Assembly: GCA_017499595.2 (NCBI GenBank)
Contig: CM038999.1
Span: forward strand, 1,736,001 to 1,800,000
Direction of reading: 5' to 3'
Length of the DNA stretch: 64,000 nt
Source of the DNA: Psilocybe cubensis
Lineage: Eukaryota
The notes under the pieces are model-generated. The model was not told the origin of the DNA. It did no database searches and saw only the letters and a list, made by a program, of their open reading frames with translations. Shown here one piece after another: positions 42,342-55,177 of the stretch; positions within the stretch are counted from its first letter, which is position 1; the number at the start of each line of letters is the position of its first letter. Made by a program: the position numbers and the translations under genes.

Positions 42342-43870
42342 GCAACAGACAGTTTCTTCTTGCAGTTACATTTTGCTGTGGGTCTGCGAATTTCTTCCAA
42401 GTTCTGGAAACCCTCTTTCTCGCCATCCTTACATCATTTTAACGAAACACCGACGGGGGGGCCACCTGGTACATTATTGCCATATGGCGTTGTCCCGATT
42501 AGAAAGCCAGCATGGGTCATTCGCTGAATACGAACATAGCAGATCCAACGCAAACAATGTCATCGCAGAACGATCCAGACTGTATTGTATGTGTACAATG
42601 TATTTTATGCTCCATCATGACCTGTTTAATGCAATGCGATATTTCGTCGGATCATCATTATCTGGGCGGTTATTGGATTTAGTCTTTCAATTCTTGATGA
42701 AGGCGTAATTGTTTTGCCAACAGGCTTATACGAGTGATTTGACGGCAGCTTTCATGTGGGGGCCTGGATCACCCCAATCTATTTGTTCTGATTTTTAGGA
42801 GGTTCTTGGAGCCCTGTCTTCTCAACCATACCAACGCATTTGTGCAGCTGTCAACTTGGTGACCAGGCTCTTATCACCCATATACACCTATCCACCCACG
42901 GAAAGACCTCGTTTTTGATTTGTTGACAAACCACTTTTCTGATGCCTCACGACCCTCAGTGCCTTGCGTGCATACCTGGTGAGGGGATACCGGCATATTC
43001 TGACCGGAAGTTGAATAGAGCACAACAAGTATCTGCCATATATAGCAGTATAGCTAAATCCCGATTTTCGCAATTTTATCTCCGTCAGTTAGGAAGCCCT
43101 GGTGGTTTTGTTCAACCTGACAAAGAAGCAGACGGATATGGTAAGAGCGCAGCCTTCGGGCCTGACTTTCGAATTTCTCTAATGCATGTCGCACGTAAGT
43201 GGGGGCCAACCTCGACTCATGATTCATGAACCCTTAGTACTTGGAGTCCTTGGACCATACTTGTATGACTTTGTATCGGGGATCCCTGGCTATCCCTGGT
43301 CCCCAAGACCCAAAACGGTTTCACGGAGTTTTATCATGCAAATATGTTGCCAAGGAATCAGAACGTTGGCCTTCAAATATCACCTCTATATGACTTGTGC
43401 ATATGTATTTTAAATGTCGACCTTGAAAGAAGCCACTTGACCTCTTAAAAGTCCGAGTCCGAGAACACATAAGGAAGAACTTTGACACCCAATATTTCAA
43501 CATGTTGCAGCCAGAACAAAAGCCCGATAAAGTGTGAAGGCGCGAGGCTTGCGCCAATTATAAACCCACCCAACAGTTTTAGGTGCCGTCACTTGAGGTG
43601 TACCGCCGGTAAGTTGCAGATCAATGAGTGAATCTCATGTAAGGTAAGTATATCGCTATTTTTAAGGGAATCTTGCATTCAAACAAACCGGGAAGACCAC
43701 CCGAACGTTTTGATCTTTTCAAGTGGTAGGGTCGCTCATTCAAGAGCACCCACTCTGAACCCCAAATCACCAAGAAGACCCACTGGTAACTCGTTGATTC
43801 AGCGCCGGCTTTTTCAAAAGTTAACAAGAATCCCATTGAAATGAAGAGCTTAAGTTATAATTGGAAGTTA

Positions 43871-45596
43871 CTAAGATGGAACACCGGCAGCAGGTGCAAA
43901 GCCCATTCGTTTGCCGCCGACATCCCAGATGCTATAGTAATGCTTCAAGAGACTTCCTCCAACAAGCTCCAGGCCGTCAAACGCATTTATCAGCGTTTGG
44001 CAAAGAGATGGGTTGGCGGTGAATGGCCCGACGCTGAGCTCGCTGCTCGGGATCGTTAGATTGAAATGAGTTCCCGTTTGGGAGGTGAATGTGATGTCGA
44101 TAACTGCGGGCAAAGAGGCAATCTTGTCGCAGGCAATACCGTATGTGCCTGCTTCATCCGGGTTAGGTTGGATATCAGGAGAGATAAGAGCATATATAGC
44201 CTTTGGAAGGTACGAATTGAATCAGATCCATGATATGTATGTGATCATATGATAGACCACGTACGTTTGCGGTATCAGTGGAGAACAAGATATTGCTTGT
44301 GCCACTGTCGAAAATGATGGTACGAGGCGAGTTTAGAAGACTGTTTGTCTTTCCATTGACAGACAGTCCTGGAGATGCAAGCTGCCAAGTACTACCCGAA
44401 CCAGATGGGAGAGAGGCAAAAATGGGGGTACCTATAGCCGACGACGGAATCGACGCGTTCAGCGTCTTTTTAATGTAAGAGAGGCGATTGTCACAATACT
44501 GACCAGTGAATTTCGTGTTGTCAATTCCACCGAGAGTCAACTCGGCTTTGCCCACTGATTGAGGCGTGAGATACAGGCTGAACAAAGCTGTGCTCGGCAC
44601 AGTGTCAGTTGGCAGATTGTGTTGAGCAGCGAGAGCACGTTGTTCTTACAAGGCAATCCTTGGCTTATGAGTCCAGCGAATATGCCTTGAGCGGTGGCGC
44701 CCATCCCTGTTATCATAATCAACGCTCAGATAAACAACTTTTTTTTTTGTGATGATTAAACAACGTTATCAATCGCACCTTGTATCCCACTGAAGGGATC
44801 AATATTGAACTTTGGCGTTTGATTGGTGATTAAAAAAAGACTAACGCCAGGGGCCGAAAGGCCGCCAACAGACACAGTGTCCTTCCCACTCCGTAAAGTA
44901 AGCTTATAGTTGGCCCCAATAACAGGGTCGACCCCAACACCTGTGGCAAAGGTGATGGAGCTAGTACGGCCCCCGTCCACGAAAGTAGAACTCTTTGAAG
45001 AATCAAACTTCTTCTGGGGGCATGTTGTACACAAAGTACCTGGGAACGCTATGACTTTTCGGAGTTGGGCAGGAATAAGGACGATGACATACTTGCGAAT
45101 TCTAATGTTGAACTTCCCGTGTCAAACACGACCTGCAAAAGAAGGTGTGTAAGATGGGGCAATGAGGTCCCGAAACAGGATACCGACGGTAATTTCCTGG
45201 GGAGGTGTTCCAACTATGCAATACAAAAGCAACAAAATAAATTTAACACGCTGCGGAGAATCACATCAGACGAACGTAAAACGAACCTGACAGGTTTCCG
45301 AACCATCTTTTTTTCATGGGAAGAAAGTGCCGTTCAGAAATGAATAGTACAGTCCTTGCAAACAGAACGGTCTCTCACTGGAGGTCTGTTCCCAGGAAAA
45401 AATCCGCAAGAGGAATTGACGTCGGAGACAGAGCTCTGCGCTGCATCAACGTGCCCTTGGGCAGGGTCCTAGACTGCAGAGTGATCTTCTGGGGGGAAGC
45501 ACCTATCCCCGACGATGTGTCGATGACTTCTAGGGCGCCTGCAAAAGGCAGCAGGAGTGTGAGCAGAATAGAAGCTACGAGTCCTTTGGAACCCAT
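43871..45596 (-). CDS. Secreted pepsin-like aspartic protease (family A1)
   Basis: Signal peptide MGSKGLVASILLTLLLPFAGA; VGTPPQE..VVFDTGSS; IIFDSGTS; FSLYL..AELTLGGID; VGGSLLKHYYSIWDVGGKRMGFAPA. Confidence 0.92.
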
Positions 45597-46541
45597 GGCT
45601 GGAATATTGAGAGTGTTGTCGCTGTCCTTCGAGGCCACAGTCGATTATATACCCCTTCGTAAAGCGATGGAAGGGTTGGGAATTTGGGAAGCACCGAAGG
45701 TACATGTACATGTGGGGAGGGATTTGATACAATAATCATGCACGAGTCGTTGCTCTCGTCTCGAAGGAGTGCTAGAGCATGTGGGGCAATGACTCGAAAT
45801 ACGGTGGAGAAGCGTCACCAGCCCACCATAGAGTGCATCAAAGAACCAAAGTTAGGCAGCGAGAAGTTACGGTATCGCATTGCTCTCATCATTCCGCACC
45901 CGCTGTAATTGACTTCGCGAGCGAGCTATGCGGCGTTCCTTTGCATAGTTATACTGGATAACTCGATATGCCGTGTGGAAACAGGATAAATATGACGCAT
46001 TTCACCCAGGACGTAGTTGGAACGTCCAAGTTACTCATGGCGCTATTGTATCAGATAATGATCCTTATGGCCCGCACTGACCAGAAAGCATGGATTCAGA
46101 ACTGCGTATGTCTTCCGGGTGGTGATAACATGTATAATTAGGTCTGCGCGTTCGGTTGCTGACTAGCCAGAGAGCACCGAAAATAAACCCGCTGAAAGGG
46201 GTGTTTCTTGGTGGCTGAAAATGCAGAAGACGGCGAACAAAGACTTCAGGCCCCAGGGGTAACACGGTGGATGATGAAAAGAGAAAAAGGGTAAAGGTCA
46301 AAGGAGGTTGGAGTCGGCCGCGCCAAGGACGCCTGTCGCGTCTAGAAGGTGTGATGTGGCTGTGCCATCCTAAAATCGACCATGGTCGGTGCCCCTGATG
46401 ACGACCTCAGCGGATAACAACTCACTGAATTCACATTCTAGCACAGGATACCTAGAGAGGGGCTGGAATCGACGCCGCGCACATATATACCAGGAACAAC
46501 AGCCAGGTCCTTTGTCCCTTTCACCACCGTTTTATTAACCC

Positions 46542-47239
46542 ATGGGTATGTACTATGACCTCCTATCTTTTCGAGACACTGTTTTTTGACGTGAAAAAAA
46601 TGTGAACTAGCTTCGAAAGAACAGCTAAATTTTAACGAGCCTCACGCGCCCAAGGAGAATGCTATTGAGGCGTTCAATTTGCTCCTCCCGACGATCAAGA
46701 ACGAGATCTTGAAATCGCGTCGGCATTGGGACAAGCATGAGCCGCGCATGTGGGCGCGCGCGTCCGGTCTCTCCGACGCGGAGTTGACATCGTTCACCAT
46801 CGAGAACGATCTCGTCGAGGTGAGGGTCATTTGCGATAGCATTCTCACTCCGGTTAACTGACTGCTCGAAATTTCTGGTAGGTTAGTAGCTCTGCAACGA
46901 GCTACGGCACGATCGTTTTGGGAAAGATCAGAGTCCTGACTGACGACGAGGGCGAGGGCTTTGTTCACGTCAGGTACATCATCTTATTGATCGACCAAGA
47001 ACAATCTAATCAGACCTTTTCCTCTTTCTAATCAGAATCCACGATCCCCCAAACCGAGTTCGTTTTTGACCCAAATGCTAATCCAAAGAACCAAAAACTG
47101 ACCAAAATTCCAGGGAAGCGAAGATGTGATCTTCCACTCACTGTTCACGGACGAGATCAGAGAAGAGGTCGGGGGATCTCCTATAGGATACCAAGCCATC
47201 CAAACCCGCGACAAACCACTGGAATTCTTCAATGAATGA
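46542..47239 (+). CDS. Small uncharacterised protein (~150 aa), tentatively stefin/cystatin-like fold
   Basis: Five exons with canonical splice sites give MASKEQLNFNEPHAPKENAIEAFNLLLPTIKNEI...EVSSSATSYGTIVLGKIRVLTDDEGEGFVHVRIHDPPNRGSEDVIFHSLF...YQAIQTRDKPLEFFNE*. The gene model is well supported; the fold assignment is inference. Confidence 0.7.
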
Positions 47240-48132
47240 TGTGTAGCGTCCATCGATAGAATCCCGTACGATGTATTACTTCTACTGATCTGATGTTCAT
47301 CCATGCCATTTCCACGCCGGGCAGATCTTGAGTTTTACCTACGTACACTTACATATTCTCTCGATGGGCAAGTCTATGTTTTTTTTTTTGTTTTTCGCTT
47401 TTTCTTTTTTTTTTTACTTGACGCTTCGCGCTCGAACATTGACAATATTGAATTATGATGTATTTTATTACTTTCACCCTTGCTACGGATGTATATACAT
47501 GTATCCCCAGAAATATTTAACAATAAGTTACAAAGCACGACAGAGACCGTTTGACATGGCGAGGATACAACAAAATACTAGAGCAATGATAGTGATAGAG
47601 AGAGAGAGAAAGAAAACGATCTATTCATATATACAATCATACTGAGTACGGATAATAGGCATAAAGTGTTGGACTTTGTACATAGATGTAACATGGAATC
47701 GGCTCGACAAATCATGTCCGGGCCCGCCTTTACCATTACCGGCACTCGAGAGCTGCCCCAATCGTCTTCACCACCGTTGCCGTCATAGAAAGAGAGGAAG
47801 AAACCCGTCGCCACGCCGTTGCATAAGCCTCGGGCTTCACCCCGCCATTTCAAAACAAGATCAAGAAGGGAGAAGATGAAACACATCACTGTATTTAAGC
47901 CGAAAATAATAGTCAAGGAGTCCAAGCAACAGTCAATTGTAGGTTTACAGGCGTAGCATATCAAACTGAGAAGAGAGGAAGAGAGAGAGACATAAGAACA
48001 AAAGGAAAAAACAGTCATCAGGTATCGCATACGGAACTCAAAGCCTTCTTCACACCGCACCGCGGCGCCACGCCATCGCCTTGTCAGGAGAACGATGCAT
48101 GAGTCAATCAACATCGTCGCCCACAGCCAAAG

Positions 48133-50100
48133 TCAATGCACTTCCGTGGCTTCCAGAATGTAACGACTATCCGCGCTCCACATGTAATTAGCTCCGTAGG
48201 TAGCGACGTCGGTTTCGACAACAGCCACCGGCGTGGGTTGAGACTGCAGCATAGCCAATTGGCGCGCAAAGTCTTGGCCATCGAGCCGGCAGAGGCCGCC
48301 GCCGAAAGAAACATTACCGTTGTCACAAGAGGTATCAACCACAAGACCAACCCATGGCTGTGACCCACTACATGAAGACGACGAGTATACGTCGTCCATG
48401 GCAGTGACTTGGATGGTACGCTCTCCAGACGAGTCGGTAGACAGTGGTGAATACGTGAGAGTTGGGGTGGGAGGACTCGGAGACGACGAAACACTGTGAT
48501 CAGATACTGAGGGTCGACTCATAACCTAGTACAAAATTAGAACACGCATGAAAAAAAATACGATGACAAAAAATGACTCACCTGATCCTGTTGATATGTT
48601 TCCGAGTCAGAGTGCAAGACGCTGCCAACAGAAGAAGACTTTGGCAAAGTCGACTCCAATGGAAGAGACAAGCATCGACGGATGCCAGCTTGTGGTCGAC
48701 CAGTAGTAGAGACCTTTTCTGACAACTTGGTAGTATGAGAAATGGCTTGGGAAACATGTGACTCATCCTGGCTCAAGAAAGGTGTACTTGTTGATGCTGG
48801 CATCAACGACGGTTCACTATGAGATCGGATGACAGTGCGAGACGATGTGGTAGTCACAGCGCTCTCACCAAATGCACATTTGCCGACCCAGAGTCGCCAT
48901 TGCAAGGCTTGTCCGAGGGCACGTTCGCAACGACCAATTTCACGAGGTGGAAGACCAGACAATTTTGCCCAAGCACGGTTAGAATAACACTTGTCTTGAG
49001 AAAATTTGGAGGCCAGGATGAGAGATGCCAGAAAGGCTCTACGGGGACACAGGAGGGGAGATGGCAGAGAAGGGGTGGAAGGAGGTGTTGTTGAGACCTG
49101 TACATCTACATTGGACAGAGAATCTTCTGGATAGATGCACGATTCGGCCAGATCTTCTGGACCAGAATCGGCGACGCGGACAGTTTGCATAGAATCATCA
49201 ATAAAACTATTGATGATGTTGATCTTGCCGGCATCCTCGAGAGCAGTGAGTTCAGCGTCCATCGCCAGCTCTTCTGGGGTGGCTTTCTGAATACAGCTTT
49301 CAGGCTGATAGTAGGAACGAATGCCAATATTTTCCTCTTGCAAAATCTGAGGGACCTTGGGACGAATGGCTTCTAGATAGCATAGTGCTGTCTGCAGCAC
49401 GTTTCCAGATGTCCTTGATCGTCGAAGGACTTCATGAACAAAAGACTTGAGGGGCAATATCTGATCGGATTCGGTGCCCGAGGCAAGCAGGGCGAGGGTC
49501 GGGGAAGGATTATGGCCGGATACGGAGGGATGACTGGTATGTGGCTGTGTTGAAAGTGTATGAGATGCTATGGATTGTAAATCTGAGGAGAGTTGCTTGG
49601 AAGATTGACGTGGGTGAGTGGAAGGGGGAAAAGAGCAGCCCCCCGCTTTTGCGGGGGGTAGAAAGACGGAGGGGATATCCTGAGGGCGCCAGATCTCGGA
49701 CAAGGTGCTGACAGCTTGATCTGCAAATGGGATTGAAAAATAAAGTGAGTATTTCGGGCAAGGTGGGCGCTAACTAAGGACAGAACGGACCGATAAGACT
49801 GGAGGCGAATTTTTGTTTAGAAGAAGAGGCACTCTGGGAAGAATCCTTTGGAGTTTGGGCGGTGGTGGGTGGAATAGAAGGGCGAGTACGACTTGATTCT
49901 GCAGAAACGAGATGAATTGGTGGGTGTGGAGCAGGTGATGATACAGAAGCATGGGGGGTATGGATTGTGGGAGAGCGGGGGAGCTGAGCAGTGGTTGTTG
50001 TTGTTGTTGCTGATTGGAGGTAAGGTTGCCACCGAGCCGCCTTTGTAGAGCGGCTCGCTGGAGGAGCCCGTTGGGCGATAATTTGAGTGGCAGTGTGCAT
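48133..50100 (-). CDS. Pho85-type (Pcl/Pho80 family) cyclin
   Basis: LKSFVHEVLRRSRTSGNVLQTALCYLEAIR and CPRRAFLASLILASKFSQDKCYSNRAWAKLSGLPPREIGRCERALGQALQWRLWV cyclin box; three exons. Confidence 0.85.
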
Positions 50101-50640
50101 TTAGAGATTAAAAAGATTTGAGTTGAGGTTGCGATTGGACGAGTAGTCGAGAGAGAGAGATTACGAAAAGAGAAAAAATAAATTAAGCAGTCGGGGTGGT
50201 GAGCATGAGGGTAGTAGTGGATTTGACAGACTCGGAAACAGAAATCGAGGAAACAGAGAGGCAGAAGAGGCCTTTAGAGGCCCGGAGGAGGGAGATTGAA
50301 TACATCGGACCTGGTTGGGTCGGGGTGGATGTCCAAGTCTAGCGACTAGGACGATCCGTGCACTTGGTCTTTCTGATAAACAGAAGACAAAGTGTAGAGC
50401 AGAAGACTAGAGGATTGCAGGAGCAGAAAGGCGGAGAGAGAGCAGGCTTGGAGGAGAGACTGAGGGCGAGTCAGTCTGCGGTGGGCTGCGTCTGTGGGAT
50501 AACAAGCATCAACAAACATTGACTCACCACGCGGCTCGCAGATGTCACACGCCGGCGGTGTCACAGCATAGCCATATACGCGGTCGTCCCTGCCCTGCCT
50601 TTCTCCCAACCATTCTAGTCGCTCTTTTTTACCAGTTACA

Positions 50641-51905
50641 ATGAGGCTCCTCACCTCAACCCTTGCACTCGTTCTCACCTTTGTCCTCGCCGAGGCCTCT
50701 CTCGCCCACGAGAATCCCGCTGGCCTCGCTGCCCGTCACAACCGTCTGGCCCACCGTGACTCCGCGGTGGAAGCAAGGGCCCCCTCCGGCGCCAGGCGTT
50801 GCCCGAACAGAAACCAGAAACCGACATCTGTGCGTCGATCATCTTCTGCTCTTCTTCTTCATTTAATCTTATAAGATGTCCCGTCACAGGCCCCCGCCCC
50901 TAATTTCGCTGCTGCCAAAAACCTTACCACCCCATCATCAACCAAGAAGCCTGCCAGCACTCCCGCTCCGCCCCCGCCCCCGCCCCCGCCTCCTCCTGCA
51001 GGTGTCATCAATGTCGTTTCCCACTGTGGTCCTATTGGTGCTACTCGTACGTGTCCTTTTTCTCATCCATTCTCTCCATTCTTACACCTACCTATCTCAG
51101 AGCAAACAACTGCCCTTACTGGCCCCAATGGAAAGATTGACTGGTTGATGTGTGGTTTCGAGTCTCCCGGTGGTTGGCAACCACCCTACGTTCGCGTTCA
51201 GGACCTCATCACCCATTCTCTCAGCTCCGCCCTCCAGAGTCCCAACAGCCCTTTCAAAGCTTGCGGTCCATATCTTTCCATCTTTGAAAAGTACGCTCAG
51301 CAGTATGGTATTCCTTCCATCATCATGGCCTCCTTCTCTATGCAAGAAAGTGGCTGCAACCCCAACACCGTTGGTGGTGGTGGTGAACAGGGCATGATGC
51401 AGATCACCACTGACAAGTGCGGTGGTGCTCCTGGTGGCAACTGCAAAGATCCTGTCAGTCTATCTCTTTCCGGCTTCCTTTCCCCGCGTTTGACTCTTTT
51501 TTTTGCTATTCTAGGACTTCAACATTCGCACCGCGACAAAGTTCTTCGCAGACACCTTAAAGGCCCACGGAGGAAACATTCTTAGCAGTATCGGTGCATA
51601 CAACGGTTTCTACGTTGGTTTGACCAAGGTTTGTCTTGTACTCTCGTCCATCACATCTCTTCATCTCAGCCCCTATTCCTTCATCACAGGAAAAGGCCTT
51701 TGCCGCCCGTTGGTCTGCTTGCTGCCGTTGCCAGAACAACGGTGATTAGTGCGTATATTACCCCACACACCCTGTCCATTCTTCTCATCAAGCTTTCAAT
51801 CTCAGCATTCACCAATTCGTTAATGGCTGGCTTCAAAACATCAACGCGTACGGTCCAATCAAACTTGGCAAATACTTCAACCTCGACGTTTGTCCTGCCC
51901 ATTAA
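50641..51905 (+). CDS. Secreted glycoside hydrolase family 23 / SLT lysozyme-like protein
   Basis: Signal peptide MRLLTSTLALVLTFVLAEA, Pro-rich linker, catalytic MQESGCNP..GGGGEQGMMQIT, DFNIRTATKFF..L..HGGNILSSIGAYNG, Cys-rich C-terminus. Confidence 0.85.
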
Positions 51906-52217
51906 GAGCAGGTTCACGCCCTTTATACCCTTCGGCGGATGTCTTTATTGTTGACATAGAATATTCGTAATGAAACGGGTACTACTATGCCGCGTATACC
52001 CCTTTGTTTTCTTTGCAGTTTTTGTCTCTTTGAAAGGGCGCACTGCAGCGCGCTTCAAGCCGCGTTCTGTTCTAATCAGAGCATAAGTATTACTTATGTA
52101 ATTTTCTAATAATTTTCACAATTGTGATTGGCTGGTGGTCAAAAATCTGAAGCGAGATCATTTCGAGCCTTTGCGCGGCCGCGACCAAAGTCCCATTACT
52201 GCTAATCCCACAAAAAA

Positions 52218-54604
52218 ATGAGTGATCAATCTACACCATCGCCCTCTTTGGCCGCCTCATCTCCTCCCACCTCCCTACCTCCATCCCCGGAGCTCCAGAA
52301 GCTCAACCTCTCCAGCGAAGTCTCAGAGCAAGATAAGCAGGAAGCCCTCCGATTAAAAGCTGCCGCGAACAAGGCTTTCACTTGTCAGTGTCCCCCTGGA
52401 TTCATTCCACTGCCCCGGTCTCCGATGTCACTCACAGATGTTACCTTTGGCTCTCCGTTTTACCAGCCCATGAGTTCAACGATGCCGCGAGATTGTATTC
52501 AGAGTCGATTCAGAAGAACCCTAATGAGCCGACGGTGTGGTGTAATCGAGCGTATGCGCGCATGAAGCTCGAGGAATATGGATATGCGTTGACGGATGCC
52601 TGTGCGTTTGTACTTTTATGCGTTTGCAGAATGCTCATGCTCATCCTACTGTGCAGCGCAAGCTATTACTCTGGATCCTAAATACGCCAAGGCGTACTAT
52701 CGGTACGTGCGCCTATTTTCCTTTGTCGCGCGTTTGAGAGTGTTTAATTTGCGTTTGTCATGCAGTCGGGCGACTTGTTACATGCAAGTTATGAAATACC
52801 AGGCAGCAGTCGCCGATTTCAAAAAAGTGTTGGCTCTCGAGCCCAATAACGACACCGTCCGCGGCCAATTAGTCTCAACGCAAAAGTTGATTCGCAAGAT
52901 TGAATTTGAAAAAGTAAATCAACGTCCAGGATATCTCTGCAATAAATTATCTTATACTGTGTCCAGGCTATCGAAGTTGAGGGAGAGAAAGACCCCGTCG
53001 TGCGATGCCGCGAGATTATCCAAGAGGGCGGCTGCGAAGTCGACTCGAATTACACCGGGCCAAAGCTGCCTCAATCCGAGGACGGGAAATTCTACATGAC
53101 CCAAGAGTTCCTGCAGGAAATGATCGAGTGGTTCAAGCAGGGCAAAACGCTGCCGAAACGATACGCCTGGGAGATCGTCATGGGCGCACACGAGCAGTTT
53201 ATCAAGGAGGAGAGCTTGGTCAGCGTCGATATTCCGGACGGCGTCACTTGCGATGTTATTGGTGATGTTCATGGTATATTTTGTGTCTGCCACTGGTTCT
53301 TTCATGGCTTACGTATTTCAAGGCCAATTCTACGACGTATTGCATCTCTTTTCTTTGACGGGCCCTCCTTCCGAGAAACACTACTTGTTGATGAACGGAG
53401 ATCTCGTCGACCGAGGATCCTGGTCCATCGAAGTCATTTTGCTCGCGTTTTCATATAAATGTGAGTGTTTATACCAGTATCCTTCACATGTTCCGTAAAT
53501 TAAAAATCGCTCAGGGTTGTATCCTAAATACATGTATATCAATCGCGGTAACCACGAAGCGAAGGATATGAACCGTACCTATGGATTCGAAGGAGAGGCG
53601 AAACACAAGCACGGAGAACAAGCGTACAAGGTAAACTATATTCTCATTTCCGCATCTTTCTCATTGATTTACATTGATCACTTCCAGCTTTTCGCCCATG
53701 TATTTACGACCTGTGAGTTGACCTGATAATTTGCCAATTTCGATCATTAATCTGGAATGTAGTACCCTTGTCAACGCTCGTCAACGCAACAAAGCCACCG
53801 CCGAGCAAAGACAACGCCATACTCTCCCCTGAGGGCTTCAAGCGTTTCTTCGTCGTCCACGGAGGGTTGTTCAGCAAAGACGGCGTCACACTGGAAGACA
53901 TCCGCAAGATCGACCGAGTTGGACGGCAGCCCGGTCAGGAAGGCATCATGTGTAAGCCCCCTTTTCCGCGTTTTTTTTCTTTAATGCATTCGCTCACAAA
54001 ATGGACATCATGTAGGTGAATTGTTGTGGACTGATCCTCAAGAAGCGCCTGGCCGAGGACCTAGCAAACGGGTTTGTCGTCGATATTTTTTGAGGTTTCG
54101 TTTCTTTGGTTGATGTTTTGTTTTCTGTAGGGTGTCGGCATTGCCTTTGGACCGGACGTTACTAAACGGTGGTGCACTCTCAATGGTGTGACTGGTGTAA
54201 TCCGAAGCCACGAAGTCCGACAAAGTCAGTAAAATTTTAAACATGCAAACTGATAGATTTTACTTACTGGATAATTCTTATAGATGGATATGAGATCGAG
54301 CACGAAGGATTATGCACAACGGTATGACGCTTTGCTTACTATTTTCCTAGAGAGGATTTTTATTTATACTGTTCTACAGGTGTTTTCAGCTCCCAATTAT
54401 GTCGACCAATCCGGCAACAAAGGCGCATTTGTGAGTGTCCTTTCTCCTTATTTCACAGGATAGTCACAGCTAACTTGATTTTAATTCAAGATCCGCATCG
54501 ACTCTGCTGGAAATCGGAAATACACCCAATTCGAAGCCTCGCCTCATCCTCCCATGAAACCCATGGCATACATTCAAGGAGGACTCGGAAGTTTGATGAT
54601 GTGA
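52218..54604 (+). CDS. PPT1: Serine/threonine protein phosphatase 5 (TPR + PPP domain)
   Basis: TPR repeats ([26 protein letters not shown]); [44 protein letters not shown]. Confidence 0.95.
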
Positions 54605-55177
54605 TACTTAGAGACTATCTTTTTTCCACAATATCAACGACAGTTAACTAAACACTACACTTCTTGAGGGTTTTCCTCCTAGATACTCTTGCACTTTTTT
54701 TTTGTTTCTTGGTACTTATACATACTCACCCCAGCTGTATTTTATGTCTCGTTTTAGCCGTAGGGAGATACCAACACATGCGTTTTTTTTGGTATCTACG
54801 CGTAGTTGCTTTTGTTTGTAGTATTTTTTATGAATTTGATAACGTTAGGGAGAGGAGTGATCCTGATGGGTTTCTGTTGTAGCCTCTGCCCCCTAGCTCG
54901 TCCTGCCATTTGTGGAATATCACTTGCCTAATGAGGCAATGTCTCGTTTAGTGGACTTTCAGGGTTTTTGTTTATATCTGGGCATATAGGAACAAACCAG
55001 TTATGAGTAGTATGTGCCACTTCTCTTGTATCTTGGAGGCGCCATCAGGGATTTGCTGCATATTCGGAATTGTTGACGCGAAAAATGGGCTACGTCATAG
55101 TTGAACAAAACCTGCTAGCCGTGCATGGGCAAGCCTCGGGCAAAGTCACCACACCATATAGTCGCAACCTTTTCACT

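Noticed and set aside
42700-43850. Possible decayed gene fragments between the Zn2Cys6 TF and the aspartic protease
   Set aside because: Only short ORFs, with no recognisable homology.
47598-50160. Short (GA)n runs near 47598 and 50150 and a (GTT)n run near 49994
   Set aside because: Ordinary microsatellites; the GTT run encodes a poly-Thr tract in the cyclin.
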